From an uncultured Thermoleophilia bacterium (lineage in GTDB: Bacteria > Actinomycetota > Thermoleophilia > UBA2241), in contig CAVPXA010000026.1 of NCBI GenBank assembly GCA_963709635.1, positions 4,843 through 68,842 of the forward strand: a stretch of 64,000 nucleotides of DNA, written 5' to 3'. Of this stretch, positions 33,727-42,456 are shown one piece after another. The notes beneath the pieces are model-generated. The model saw only the letters and a program-made list of their open reading frames with translations, was not told the DNA's origin and ran no database searches. Numbering within the stretch: position 1 is the stretch's first letter; every line of letters begins with the position of its first letter. Both the position numbers and the translations under genes were made by a program.

Positions 33727-33985
33727 TCAGGCTCCGGGCGCCCGCCCCGCCAGTCGCGCGCCGGCCTCGTAGAGCCCGAGGCCGACCATGAGGCCGACGG
33801 CGATGGCGACGATGATGAGCATCGCCGAGCGCGAGGCTCACGCGGGCCGTGAAACGCACGGCGAGCAGCCACGGCAGCGTCTTGAGCGGCGCCGAGAAGT
33901 GCAGCGCCACGCCGAGCGCGAAGATCAGCGTGCCCACTCACGGAGCCGCCCAGCCCAGGTCGCCGGCGGCCGCCAGCTCCGCTGC
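33727..33985 (-). pseudogene. Remnant of a ThrE-like (threonine/serine exporter) membrane protein C-terminus
   Basis: LGWAAP*VGTLIFALGVALHFSAPLKTLPWLL then shifted AMLIIVAIAVGLMVGLGLY; in-frame TGA, apparent internal deletion, no start. Confidence 0.5.
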
Positions 33986-34096
33986 CGGTGGATAGTGCGT
34001 TCCCCGGCGGAGCGTGGCGCAACTCCGTGCGGCCCGTGGTCGCCGGTTCGCGCCGAGGTGCACGGGGGCGCCCGGATGCGTCAGAATGGGCACCGT

Positions 34097-34184
34097 GCCG
34101 GTGTGGCGGAACTGGTAGACGCGCTCGACTCAAAATCGGGTGCCCCGAAAGGGCGTGTGGGTTCGAGTCCCACCTCCGGCACCA
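34097..34184 (+). tRNA. tRNA-Leu (anticodon CAA)
   Basis: Acceptor GCCGGTG/CTCCGGC (one mismatch), D-arm GGCGGAACTGGTAGACGC, anticodon stem CTCGA/TCGGG with loop CT-CAA-AA, long variable arm, GGTTCGAGTCC T-arm, encoded CCA. Confidence 0.96.
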
Positions 34185-34345
34185 ATCTGACTGCTGTGGC
34201 GCGCATGCGCTCGCCCTGCCCGCTGCGCGGGCGCGCGCGAGGATGGCGTCTGGTAGGATTCCATTCCCGTATGCGACTGCGGGCTATGACGATCCCCTCG
34301 CCCTACGTCTTCGTCGGGCGAACATGCAGGAGAGGAGCGCTGCGC

Positions 34346-35029
34346 ATGACGGTGCGGCTCTTGGGGCTCAACTGCAGCCCTCGCGACAACAGCAACAGCT
34401 CGATCATGCTCGACACCGCGTTCGAGAAGCTCGACGCCACGTATCCCGGCGAGTGCGAGCACAGCGTCGTCCATCTGCGCGACCTGCACGTCGAACCGTG
34501 CAAGGCCTGCAACGTGTGCGGCAAGAAGAAGGACGGCACCTTCATCCCGTGCGTGCGCGAGAAGGAGGACGACGTCCAGGGCGTGCTCGACGCCATGGTC
34601 GCCGCCGACGGCATCATCGTGGCCACGCCGGTGTACTTCGGGCTGCCGAGCGACCTGTTCAGCAAGTTCATCATGCGCACGCGCCCGCTGCGCCACCAGG
34701 ACTTCAAGCTCGCCAACAAGCCGGTCGCCGTGCTCGCCACGGCGGGGCGCCGCTCCGGCGGGGCCGAGACGGCGATCCTGGCCACCTGGCTGCCGTTCGT
34801 GCGCAACGGCTGCCTGGTGGTCGGCAACGGCGACGGCAGTTGCCAGTTCGGCGCCTTGGGCTGGGCCGGCGGTCGCGGTCACATCCTCAGCGACGAGTGG
34901 GGGCTGGAGCAGGCGTTCCAGACCGCGCAGCGCGTGTTCACGCTGGCCGGCGTCCTCAAGGCCGGCGTCGAGGCCTCGGGCTACCAGAACTACATGCGCT
35001 TCTCGTACTCGCAGGGCACCCGTACCTGA
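34346..35029 (+). CDS. Flavodoxin-fold iron-sulfur flavoprotein (Isf / FMN reductase family)
   Basis: GLNCSPRDNSNS FMN loop, CKACNVC...C, DGIIVATPVYF, RRSGGAET; AGGAG RBS. Confidence 0.88.
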   Translation: MTVRLLGLNCSPRDNSNSSIMLDTAFEKLDATYPGECEHSVVHLRDLHVEPCKACNVCGKKKDGTFIPCVREKEDDVQGVLDAMVAADGIIVATPVYFGLPSDLFSKFIMRTRPLRHQDFKLANKPVAVLATAGRRSGGAETAILATWLPFVRNGCLVVGNGDGSCQFGALGWAGGRGHILSDEWGLEQAFQTAQRVFTLAGVLKAGVEASGYQNYMRFSYSQGTRT

Positions 35030-35059
35030 CGCTCCCGCCTTCGACCGGAAGGATCGCCA

Positions 35060-35308
35060 ATGTCCGACGCCGACACCATCCTCGAGTTCATCCGCGAAGA
35101 GGCCGACCTCGAGGACGAGGAGGTCACCGCCGACACGTCGCTCTTCCGCGATCAACTGCTCGACTCCATGAACCTCACGGCGCTCATCGCGTTCCTCGAG
35201 GAGGAGTTCGCCATCAAGGTCAAGCCGATGGACATCGTCTACGAGAACCTCGACACCGTGAATCACATGCTGGCCTACGTCGCGCGCAAGAAGGCGGGCG
35301 ATGCCTGA
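35060..35308 (+). CDS. Acyl carrier protein (DltC-like)
   Basis: 82 aa, acidic; LLDSM phosphopantetheine Ser; LIAFLEEEFAI...ENLDTV. Confidence 0.9.
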   Translation: MSDADTILEFIREEADLEDEEVTADTSLFRDQLLDSMNLTALIAFLEEEFAIKVKPMDIVYENLDTVNHMLAYVARKKAGDA

Positions 35309-35516
35309 GGCGGGCAGCGAGACACGCCCCGCGGCAGCGGAGGGGCCGGCGGAGGGCACGGAGAGCCCGGAGCCGGCCGCGCCCCGCACCAACTGGTTCT
35401 ACTACGGGCTGGGGCTGGGACTGCAGACGTTCCTGTGGTTCCTCCTCTTCATGGCCATCACCGTGGCCGTGCTGGTGGGCAACAAGCTCACCGAGTTCCG
35501 CTACGTCGGCTTCTGA
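35301..35516 (+). CDS. DltX-like small membrane protein (putative acyl shuttle)
   Basis: 71 aa, single TM, C-terminus EFRYVGF resembling the DltX/AlgI F-x-Y-x-x-F tail; start overlaps the ACP 3' end. Confidence 0.75.
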   Translation: MPEAGSETRPAAAEGPAEGTESPEPAAPRTNWFYYGLGLGLQTFLWFLLFMAITVAVLVGNKLTEFRYVGF

Positions 35517-35535
35517 CCACGCGCACAAGGTACCC

Positions 35536-37071
35536 ATGACCCCCGAGCCCCTGATGACCGATGCCGTCGCGCGCCTGCGCCGCTGGGCGGCCGAGCGCGC
35601 GGACGAGACGCTCCTGCGCACCCGCGGCCGCGTGTACACCTACGCGGACGTCGAGGCGCGGGCGACGCGGGTCGCGGCGGCCCTCATGGCCGCCGCCGGC
35701 CGCCGCGGCGCCCGCGTCGCTCTGGTGCTCGAAGAGTACGACCAGTTCTTCGTCTGCATGCTCGGCGCGTGGCTCGCCGGCCAGGTGGTCGTGCCGCTCA
35801 ACGTGAGCCTGCCGCAGGCGGACATCGACTGGCTCGTCGGCAAGTCCGCGCCGGACGTGATCGTCGTCCCGGGCGACGAGGCCTGCCCGACCGCCGAGGG
35901 CGGTCCCGTGCGCCTCGTCGTGACGGCGGACGCGGACGGCCTGGTGGACGGCCTGCGCGCGGCCGGCGGCGAAGCCGCCCCGGCCGTCTCCGCGGACCAG
36001 CTCGAGGCCGTCACCGAGGACGAGCAGGCGATGATCATGTTCACGTCCGGCACCACGGGTCTGCCCAAGGGCGTGCAGCAGACGCTGCGTGCCGTCTCCA
36101 GCAATGCCGGGCACGTCTCCCTGACGCTGGGCCTCGACGCCGGCGACCGCGTGTTCATCAACACTCCGCCGTACTTCACCAGCGGCATCTGCCACTTCCT
36201 CACGCTGCTGGCGGCCGGAGGCGGCGTGGCCGGTCAGCTCGGCTTCTACTTCGGCACCGGCCTGCTCGACGAGATGGAGGCCGAGGGCTGCACCGGCTTC
36301 GGCGGCGCGCCGGCCCACCTCGTGCGCGTCGTGGAGCCGATGGAGGAGCCGCGCGAGCACTCCTTTCGCTTCTGGGTGAGCAGCGGCGACCACCTGCCGC
36401 TGCCGGTGATCGAGAAGTTCCGCACGGTGCTGCCGGGTGTGCGTCTGTTCAACATGTACGGCCTCACCGAGGTGAGCGGCCGGCTCTGCATCCTGCCGCC
36501 GGCCGAGCTCGACCTGAAGGTCGGCTCCGTCGGCCGGCCCATCGGCGACATGCGCGTCGTCGCCCGCCGCGGCGACCTCACGGAGGCCGCGCCCGGCGAG
36601 CAGGGCGAGCTGTACGTCGCCGGCTCGCTGCTCATGCTGGGCTACCTGGACGAGCCGCAGATCACGGCCGGGACGCTCACCGCGCACGGCCTCAAGACCG
36701 GCGACTTCGGCAAGGTCGACGAGAGCGGCGCCGTCTGGATCGCCGGCCGCAAGGACGACATCATCAAGCGTGGCGGCGAGAAGGTCAGCATCATCCACGT
36801 GCAGGAGGCGCTGCAGGCGCTCGGCCGCTTCGCCGACGTGGCCGTGGTGGCAGCGCCCGACGACATCCTCGGGCACGTGCCGGTCGCGTTCGTCGTGCCC
36901 AACGAGCCCGAGGGCTTCCGGGCCTCCCGGCTGCTGCGCGAGCTGCGCGGCGTGCTGCCGTCCACCTCCCTGCCCAGCCGCGTGATCGCCGTGGAGCAGA
37001 TCCCGCGCACCGGATCAGGAAAGGCGATCAGGGCCGAGCTGCGCAAGATGCTCGCCGAGGAGCTCGGGTGA
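35536..37071 (+). CDS. Class I adenylate-forming enzyme (acyl-AMP/ACP ligase)
   Basis: MFTSGTTGLPKG, YGLTE, KTGDFG, GRKDDIIKRGGEKV, PRTGSGK. Confidence 0.92.
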   Translation: MTPEPLMTDAVARLRRWAAERADETLLRTRGRVYTYADVEARATRVAAALMAAAGRRGARVALVLEEYDQFFVCMLGAWLAGQVVVPLNVSLPQADIDWLVGKSAPDVIVVPGDEACPTAEGGPVRLVVTADADGLVDGLRAAGGEAAPAVSADQLEAVTEDEQAMIMFTSGTTGLPKGVQQTLRAVSSNAGHVSLTLGLDAGDRVFINTPPYFTSGICHFLTLLAAGGGVAGQLGFYFGTGLLDEMEAEGCTGFGGAPAHLVRVVEPMEEPREHSFRFWVSSGDHLPLPVIEKFRTVLPGVRLFNMYGLTEVSGRLCILPPAELDLKVGSVGRPIGDMRVVARRGDLTEAAPGEQGELYVAGSLLMLGYLDEPQITAGTLTAHGLKTGDFGKVDESGAVWIAGRKDDIIKRGGEKVSIIHVQEALQALGRFADVAVVAAPDDILGHVPVAFVVPNEPEGFRASRLLRELRGVLPSTSLPSRVIAVEQIPRTGSGKAIRAELRKMLAEELG

Positions 37072-37087
37072 ACCCCGGGGAGCCGGC

Positions 37088-38149
37088 GTGAGCAGCTTCC
37101 GGAGGGGCCTGCGCAACCGGAACCCACTGGTGCTCGTCGTGGCGCTGGCGCTCCTCGTGCCGGCGCTTCTCGGCATTCAGAGCTGGTTCACCAGCGGCTC
37201 CTGGACGGCCATCGCCGCGGAGCGCTGGGAGCGCAACTCGATCGACGACTACATGTTCGTCTCGTGGACGGTCGGCCACCTCAAGAAGAACCCGCCGGAC
37301 AAGCCGCTGGCCGTGCTGCTCGGCGGGTCGAGCGGCCGCGAGGCCCTCGTCAGCGGCCCCTCGCTGGCCCGCCAGGTCGCCGAGGACGGCGGGCCCGACA
37401 TCGTCGCCTACAACCTCAGCTCGCGCATGCAGCGGTACGCGCAGAGCTGGGCGATCGTCGACAACCTGCCTGACACGCCGACGACGGTGCTGGTCGGCGT
37501 GAACCTGGGCCGCTTCACGACCAGCCCCAAGAGCAACTACAACCAGGTCATCGGCCGCGAACTGCTGCTCAAGAGCGACTCTCTGCGCAGCTGGGTCGTG
37601 GACCAGTCCGGCGAGCACAAGTACTCGTACACGATCCTGCCGGGCATCTTCTCGGCTCTCACCTCCTACGTGCAGCAGAAGGAGAACGCCTGGCTGAACG
37701 GCAGGCAGGCCAAGCCGTACAAGGTGCATGCGTTCGACGGCCGCAAGGCCCTGCCGGAGGCGGAGAAGCAGGAGCTCGTGCAGAAGTGGCTCAAGGAGTA
37801 CTACCCTGCGTTCAAGAAGGTCCACAGGTTCGACGCGGCGATGCTCGATGGTCTCATCGCCGAGGGGCAGCGGCGCGGTCTGGACGTGGTCATCGTCGAG
37901 CTGCCGTGGAACAGGGAGGTCATCGGCGGCGCGTTCGACGACGCGATCGCCGCCTACCAGGCGCCGACACGCGAGATCGCCGAGAAGCACGACGTGCCGT
38001 ACCTGGACTTCAACGAGGCGCTCGGCCTCCCCAGCGAGTACTTCCTCGACCTCTCGCACCTGCGTCCCGAGGGGCGGGCGATCTGGCAGTCCGAGCTCGC
38101 CCGGCAGCTGGCCGGCCTCTACGACGACGGCACCCTGAGGACGAGCTGA
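37088..38149 (+). CDS. DltD/AlgJ-like SGNH-fold acyltransferase, paralog 1
   Basis: N-terminal TM anchor; LLGGSSGRE (catalytic Ser block); C-terminal DLSHL (DxxH). Confidence 0.72.
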   Translation: MSSFRRGLRNRNPLVLVVALALLVPALLGIQSWFTSGSWTAIAAERWERNSIDDYMFVSWTVGHLKKNPPDKPLAVLLGGSSGREALVSGPSLARQVAEDGGPDIVAYNLSSRMQRYAQSWAIVDNLPDTPTTVLVGVNLGRFTTSPKSNYNQVIGRELLLKSDSLRSWVVDQSGEHKYSYTILPGIFSALTSYVQQKENAWLNGRQAKPYKVHAFDGRKALPEAEKQELVQKWLKEYYPAFKKVHRFDAAMLDGLIAEGQRRGLDVVIVELPWNREVIGGAFDDAIAAYQAPTREIAEKHDVPYLDFNEALGLPSEYFLDLSHLRPEGRAIWQSELARQLAGLYDDGTLRTS

Positions 38150-38156
38150 GGCTCTG

Positions 38157-39230
38157 ATGGGCTCGTTCTCGCGCGGGTTCCGCAACCGCAACCCGCTCGT
38201 GCTCGTGGTCGCGGCGCTGTGCCTGGTGCCGGCGCTGCTCGGGTTCCAGTGGCTGTTCACCAGCGGCGCCTGGACGGCTATCCCGCTCGACACCGCGCTG
38301 CGCAACCCGGAGGACTCGTTCACCTACATCTCGTGGACGGTGGGCAAGGCCCGGCAGGACGGACCGCGACATGCCGGGCCTCTACCTCCTCGGCGGCTCG
38401 AGCGCGCGCGAGAGCATCGTGAGCGGCGAGGCGCTCGCCGCCGAGATCCGCGAGGCCGGCGGCCCCGAGGTGGCCGCCTACGACCTCGGCTCGATCAACC
38501 AGAACTTCGCCGAGAGCCTCGCCGTGGTGCAGAGCGCCCCGGACACGCCGGCCTGGCTGCTCGTCGGCATCAACCTCGGCCGCTTCACCGCCACCAAGGA
38601 CGTCAATGCGCAGCAGGCCGAGGGCCGCGAGTTCCTGCTCGAGAGCGAGGCCGTGCACGAGACTTCGTCTCGGCGAAGTGGGACCTCGAGGAGTACGCGT
38701 ACACCATCCTCCCGGGCATCTGGGCGTACATCACCGACTGGACGCGCAAGCACGGCGCCAACCTGCTGGAGGGCGACCCGCCGAGCACCGAGTACAGGTT
38801 GCACCGGTACTCGGAGAAGACGCGGCGCTCGGACGGCCACAAGAAGCGGCTCGTGACGAAGTGGAACGCGAGCCGCAAGCCCGTGTTCGAGAAGAACCGC
38901 GTCGCCAACCTGCAGATGCTGGAGGCGCTGCTCGTGGAGGCCAAGGAGCGCGGCGTCAACGTGGTGCTGCTCGAACTGCCGCTCAACGAGGAGATCGTCG
39001 GGGACAGCTTCGCCAAGTGCCGGCGGCAGTACCAGATCCCCGTCGGCAAGCTGGCGGAGGAGTACGGCTACCCGTACATCGACCTCAACGAGAAGGTCGA
39101 CATCCCCAGCCGTGACTTCCAGGATCTCTCGCATCTCATCGCGCCCGGGCGCGTCGTCTGGCAACATGCACTGGCAGAGGAGCTCGCCCGGCTCCTGAAC
39201 GCTGCGGACTCTGGAGGGAGTGGCGGGTGA
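38157..39230 (+). CDS. DltD/AlgJ-like SGNH-fold acyltransferase, paralog 2 (frameshifts ~38365, ~38660)
   Basis: Shares RNRNPLVLV, LLGGSSARE, GINLGRFT, YTILPGI and DLSHL with paralog 1. Confidence 0.72.
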   Translation: MGSFSRGFRNRNPLVLVVAALCLVPALLGFQWLFTSGAWTAIPLDTALRNPEDSFTYISWTVGKARQDGPRHAGPLPPRRLERAREHRERRGARRRDPRGRRPRGGRLRPRLDQPELRREPRRGAERPGHAGLAARRHQPRPLHRHQGRQCAAGRGPRVPARERGRARDFVSAKWDLEEYAYTILPGIWAYITDWTRKHGANLLEGDPPSTEYRLHRYSEKTRRSDGHKKRLVTKWNASRKPVFEKNRVANLQMLEALLVEAKERGVNVVLLELPLNEEIVGDSFAKCRRQYQIPVGKLAEEYGYPYIDLNEKVDIPSRDFQDLSHLIAPGRVVWQHALAEELARLLNAADSGGSGG

Positions 39231-40478
39231 AGATCTACTTCACGCTGTACCTGATACCGGTGGTGGTCTTCTCGCTGCTGGTGTTCTGGCTGCTGCTGCG
39301 CAAGGACACGCACCGGCTGATCTTCATGCTCGTCGTCAGCGTGGCCGTGCTGGCCGCGCTGCACCCTATCTTCGCGGCCATCGCCCTGGGCCTCGTGCTG
39401 GTCACTCACCAGCTGGTGGAGGCCCAGCGCAAGAAGAAGCTGCGCGGCGCGCGCGTCGTGCTCATCGCCATCATCATCGCGCTGGTCACGCTGGCCATCG
39501 GCAAGTACGGCCAGCGCGGCGCCCTGGCCCTGTGGTGGGCCGAGGGCGACTGGGTCGTCACCCACCTGCTCATGCCGCTCGGCATCAGCTACTTCGTGTT
39601 CCGCATGCTCCAGTACGTGTTCGACTGCATGCGCGGCGTGATCCAGGAGAACAGCCTGCTGCGCCTGGCCGCGTTCATGATGTGGATCCCCGACGTTCCC
39701 GGCCGGCCCGCTCGAGACCTACCAGGGCTTCTACGAGAAGCGCACCATCGGGTTCGACCGCCAGGAGTTCTACTACGGCCTGCGCCGCATCGCCCTCGGC
39801 TACTTCAAGAAGGTCTTCGTCGTCGACTTCCTGTTCGCGATCTTCTTCGGCAAGATCGTCAGCACCGTCGGCAAGACGGCCTTCGGCCCGGACGACGTGA
39901 GCTGGTGGTGGCCGCTCGCCTACTGCATCATCGTGTTCGTCCGCGCGTACTTCGACCTCTCCGCGTACACCGACCTCGCCATCGGCTTCTCGCGCCTGTT
40001 CGGGTTCCGCATCATGGAGAACTTCCACTTCCCGTTCTGGCAGAAGAACCTCAGCGACTTCTGGCACAGCTGGCACATCTCGCTGAGCACCTGGTGCCGC
40101 AACAACGTGTACTTCCCGGTGTTCGGCCTCACGCGCAAGCCGTGGCTCGGCCTGTACGCGAGCATGCTGGTCATGGGCCTGTGGCACGCGGTGGACCTCA
40201 ACTGGCTGGCCTGGGGCCTCTACCACGGCACCGGTCTGGTGATCCTGTCGCGCTGGGAGCGGTGGAAGAAGAAGCGCAGGAAGGCGCGCAAGAAGGCCGG
40301 CCTGCCGCCGGCGGCGAGCTACGAGAAGTACACCAGGTGGCTCGGCTACCCGGTGACGTTCCTCTACGTGGCGCTCGGCTACGGGTTCGTCGCCACGCCG
40401 AACTTCGAGCAGGCGCTCCGCGTGCTCTACAACGTCTTCCGCCTGCCGCTGGCGTGGCTGTTCGGCGTGCTGTTCTGA
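39227..40478 (+). CDS. MBOAT family O-acyltransferase (DltB/AlgI-like; frameshift ~39690)
   Basis: PLGISYFVFR, AGP, KKVFVVD, FDLSAYTDLAIG, ENFHFP, DFWHSWHISLSTW, catalytic GLWH. Confidence 0.93.
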
Positions 40479-40576
40479 GCGCCGTCCGCCGATCGCCCGG
40501 CCGAGCGCCCGTGAACCGCCGGCCACGCTGCGGCGTTTACCTGTGAGACCATTGAACCGGCCGGCTGAGGAGAACA

Positions 40577-41704
40577 GTGAGCCTGCGTGACATCCAGGAG
40601 AGGACCGGCCGGCGCGCGTTCAGCCGCGGCTTCCACCAGCGGAGCCCGCTGGTGCTGGCCGCGGCCGCCCTCATCACGCTGCTCGCGCTCGTCGTCCTGC
40701 AGGGCACGCTGTTCGAGGGCGGCCTGACCGTCGTCGACGAGGGCCGCCTGCTGCGCATCACCCACGACGACTACGTGCACGTCTCCGTCAAGGTCCAGGA
40801 GCTGAAGAAGGACCCGCCGAAGATCCGCACCGTCTACCTCTTCGGCGGCTCCGGCACCATGGAGTGCTTCGTCAGTGAGGCGTCGCTGGCCGCGGCCATC
40901 GCCCGCGACGCCGGCCAGCCGGTCCGGGTGGTCAGCCTGGCCGCGCACCAGGAGAGCATGGGCATGACCCTCGCCCTCGTCGACAACCTGCCCGAGGGTC
41001 CGGCCACGCTCGCCATCGGCCTCGCGCCCATCCGCGTCACCGGCAAGCCCTCGCGCGACGCGACGCTCCTCAGTGGCCACGAGCTGCTCGTGCGCAGCCC
41101 GCGGCTCGAGGAGCTCGCGCCCAGGTACTTCGGCCACGCGGCGCCCACCACCGGCGCGATCCCCGGCATCTTCGACTACGTCGGCTCGTACTTGCGCGAG
41201 CGCGCCTCGAGCGAGGCGCCCTGGGGAACCCGGATCATCTACGAGACGCACTACTACCCGTGGGGCGCCAAGGGGCACACGCAGCTCGGCAAGCGCCGCA
41301 ACGTGCTCTACGTGCTCGCCAAGGACGTGACCCTGTACCGCAAGTACGGCGACTACAACTTCGCCATGCTCGAGGAGGTCCTCAAGCTGGCCGGCGAGCG
41401 CGGGTTCGACGTGGTGTTCTACGACCAGCCGCTCAACGCGTCGGCGGCCGGCCCCACCTGGAGCGGCGTGGTGCCGGCTTACCGCAAGCGTGCGTCCGAG
41501 CTGGCCGAGCGCTACGGCGTGCCGTACGTGCACATCGAGCGCAACGTCGAGCTCACCGACCACGACTTCGCCGACCTCTTCCACCTGCTCGCGCCGGCGC
41601 GCCTCAAGTGGCAGCCCGAGATGGCGCGCCAGATCGCCGCGACCCTGCCGCCGCCCGACGAGCCGGTGGCGCAGGCCGTGCCCGTGGCCGTCACGCCGCG
41701 CTGA
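40577..41704 (+). CDS. DltD/AlgJ-like SGNH-fold acyltransferase, paralog 3
   Basis: AFSRGFHQRSPLVL + TM; YLFGGSGTME; VDNLP; IPGIF; DFADLFHL. Confidence 0.7.
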   Translation: MSLRDIQERTGRRAFSRGFHQRSPLVLAAAALITLLALVVLQGTLFEGGLTVVDEGRLLRITHDDYVHVSVKVQELKKDPPKIRTVYLFGGSGTMECFVSEASLAAAIARDAGQPVRVVSLAAHQESMGMTLALVDNLPEGPATLAIGLAPIRVTGKPSRDATLLSGHELLVRSPRLEELAPRYFGHAAPTTGAIPGIFDYVGSYLRERASSEAPWGTRIIYETHYYPWGAKGHTQLGKRRNVLYVLAKDVTLYRKYGDYNFAMLEEVLKLAGERGFDVVFYDQPLNASAAGPTWSGVVPAYRKRASELAERYGVPYVHIERNVELTDHDFADLFHLLAPARLKWQPEMARQIAATLPPPDEPVAQAVPVAVTPR

Positions 41705-41708
41705 CGCC

Positions 41709-42051
41709 TCATCCTTCCGGCAGCGCTCCAAGCAGCGGCGTGAGCCTCTCCAGCACCGCTGTCACCACCTCGTGAGGCGCCGCGCAGAGCAGCCGCACCC
41801 CGCCCGACCGGACGTCCACAGACGTGACGCGATCCGCAAGGACCACCCCCTGCACGGGGAACCCGGGAGGCAGCTCGACGCCAAAGGGCCGGACCTTGGT
41901 CTCCTGCTCGATGGGACACACTGAGACGAGCCCCGTCCTGGCGCTGTAGGCGGCCGGCGACAGTACCAGGGCCGGCCGCCTTTCGGAGGAGGCAGTCCCT
42001 GACGGATACCACGTCGCCTCGCCCGGGCGTCCACTTCGACCACAGCGTCAC
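41709..42051 (-). CDS. mazF: MazF/PemK-family toxin-like protein (frameshift ~42000; possibly fused to mazE)
   Basis: WTPGRGDVV, RPALVLSPAAY, GLVSVCPI, GVVLADRVTSVD. Confidence 0.75.
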
Positions 42052-42231
42052 CGGCAAGCCGGCGAGCAGGAACTCGAGTGTGGGCGACTGAGGAAGCGGC
42101 TCGATCACGATGCTGCGATGGTCGAGTCGGAGGTCGACCGGTGAACGGTCGTGCAGTCCGATGCTCCTCGCGAGGCGCTGAGGGATCCTGATCGCCAGAC
42201 TGTTGCCCCAGCGCTGGACCGTATACGGCAT
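42048..42231 (-). CDS. mazE: AbrB/MazE-family antitoxin (C-terminally short)
   Basis: VQRWGNSLAIRIP...IVIEP...TLEFLLAG; GAGGA RBS. Confidence 0.85.
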
Positions 42232-42248
42232 GGTGTCCTCGAAAAGCG

Positions 42249-42322
42249 TATCTGCAATGTGTCTACATGTGGTGCTCAGGCCTGCGGCAGCGGCCCATCT
42301 GTAGATACATCGTGTCTACAGA
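42249..42322. promoter_or_regulatory. Putative MazE operator repeats (GT[A/G]TCT[A/G]CA units)
   Basis: TCTGTAGATAC-ATC-GTGTCTACAGA palindrome (42298-42322) plus GTATCTGCA and GTGTCTACA direct copies just upstream of mazE. Confidence 0.6.
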
Positions 42323-42456
42323 AACCGAGTGGCCTGCGGGCACCCTATGTCCGCGAAGGAGGTCGGGACAGGAGGACGATCGGCAGGCCCAGGTGACGAT
42401 CTGGCACGGGATGACCTTCGAGGGGCTTCCGCTCCAGGCTGCGCTAGTATCGGCAC

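Noticed and set aside
35060-37071. NRPS/PKS secondary-metabolite cluster
   Set aside because: No condensation, ketosynthase or thioesterase domains; the MBOAT/SGNH context points to envelope acylation.
34097-42330. tRNA-Leu-integrated mobile island
   Set aside because: No integrase, no duplicated tRNA 3' end (att) seen, and composition is host-like; only position and the TA pair are suggestive.
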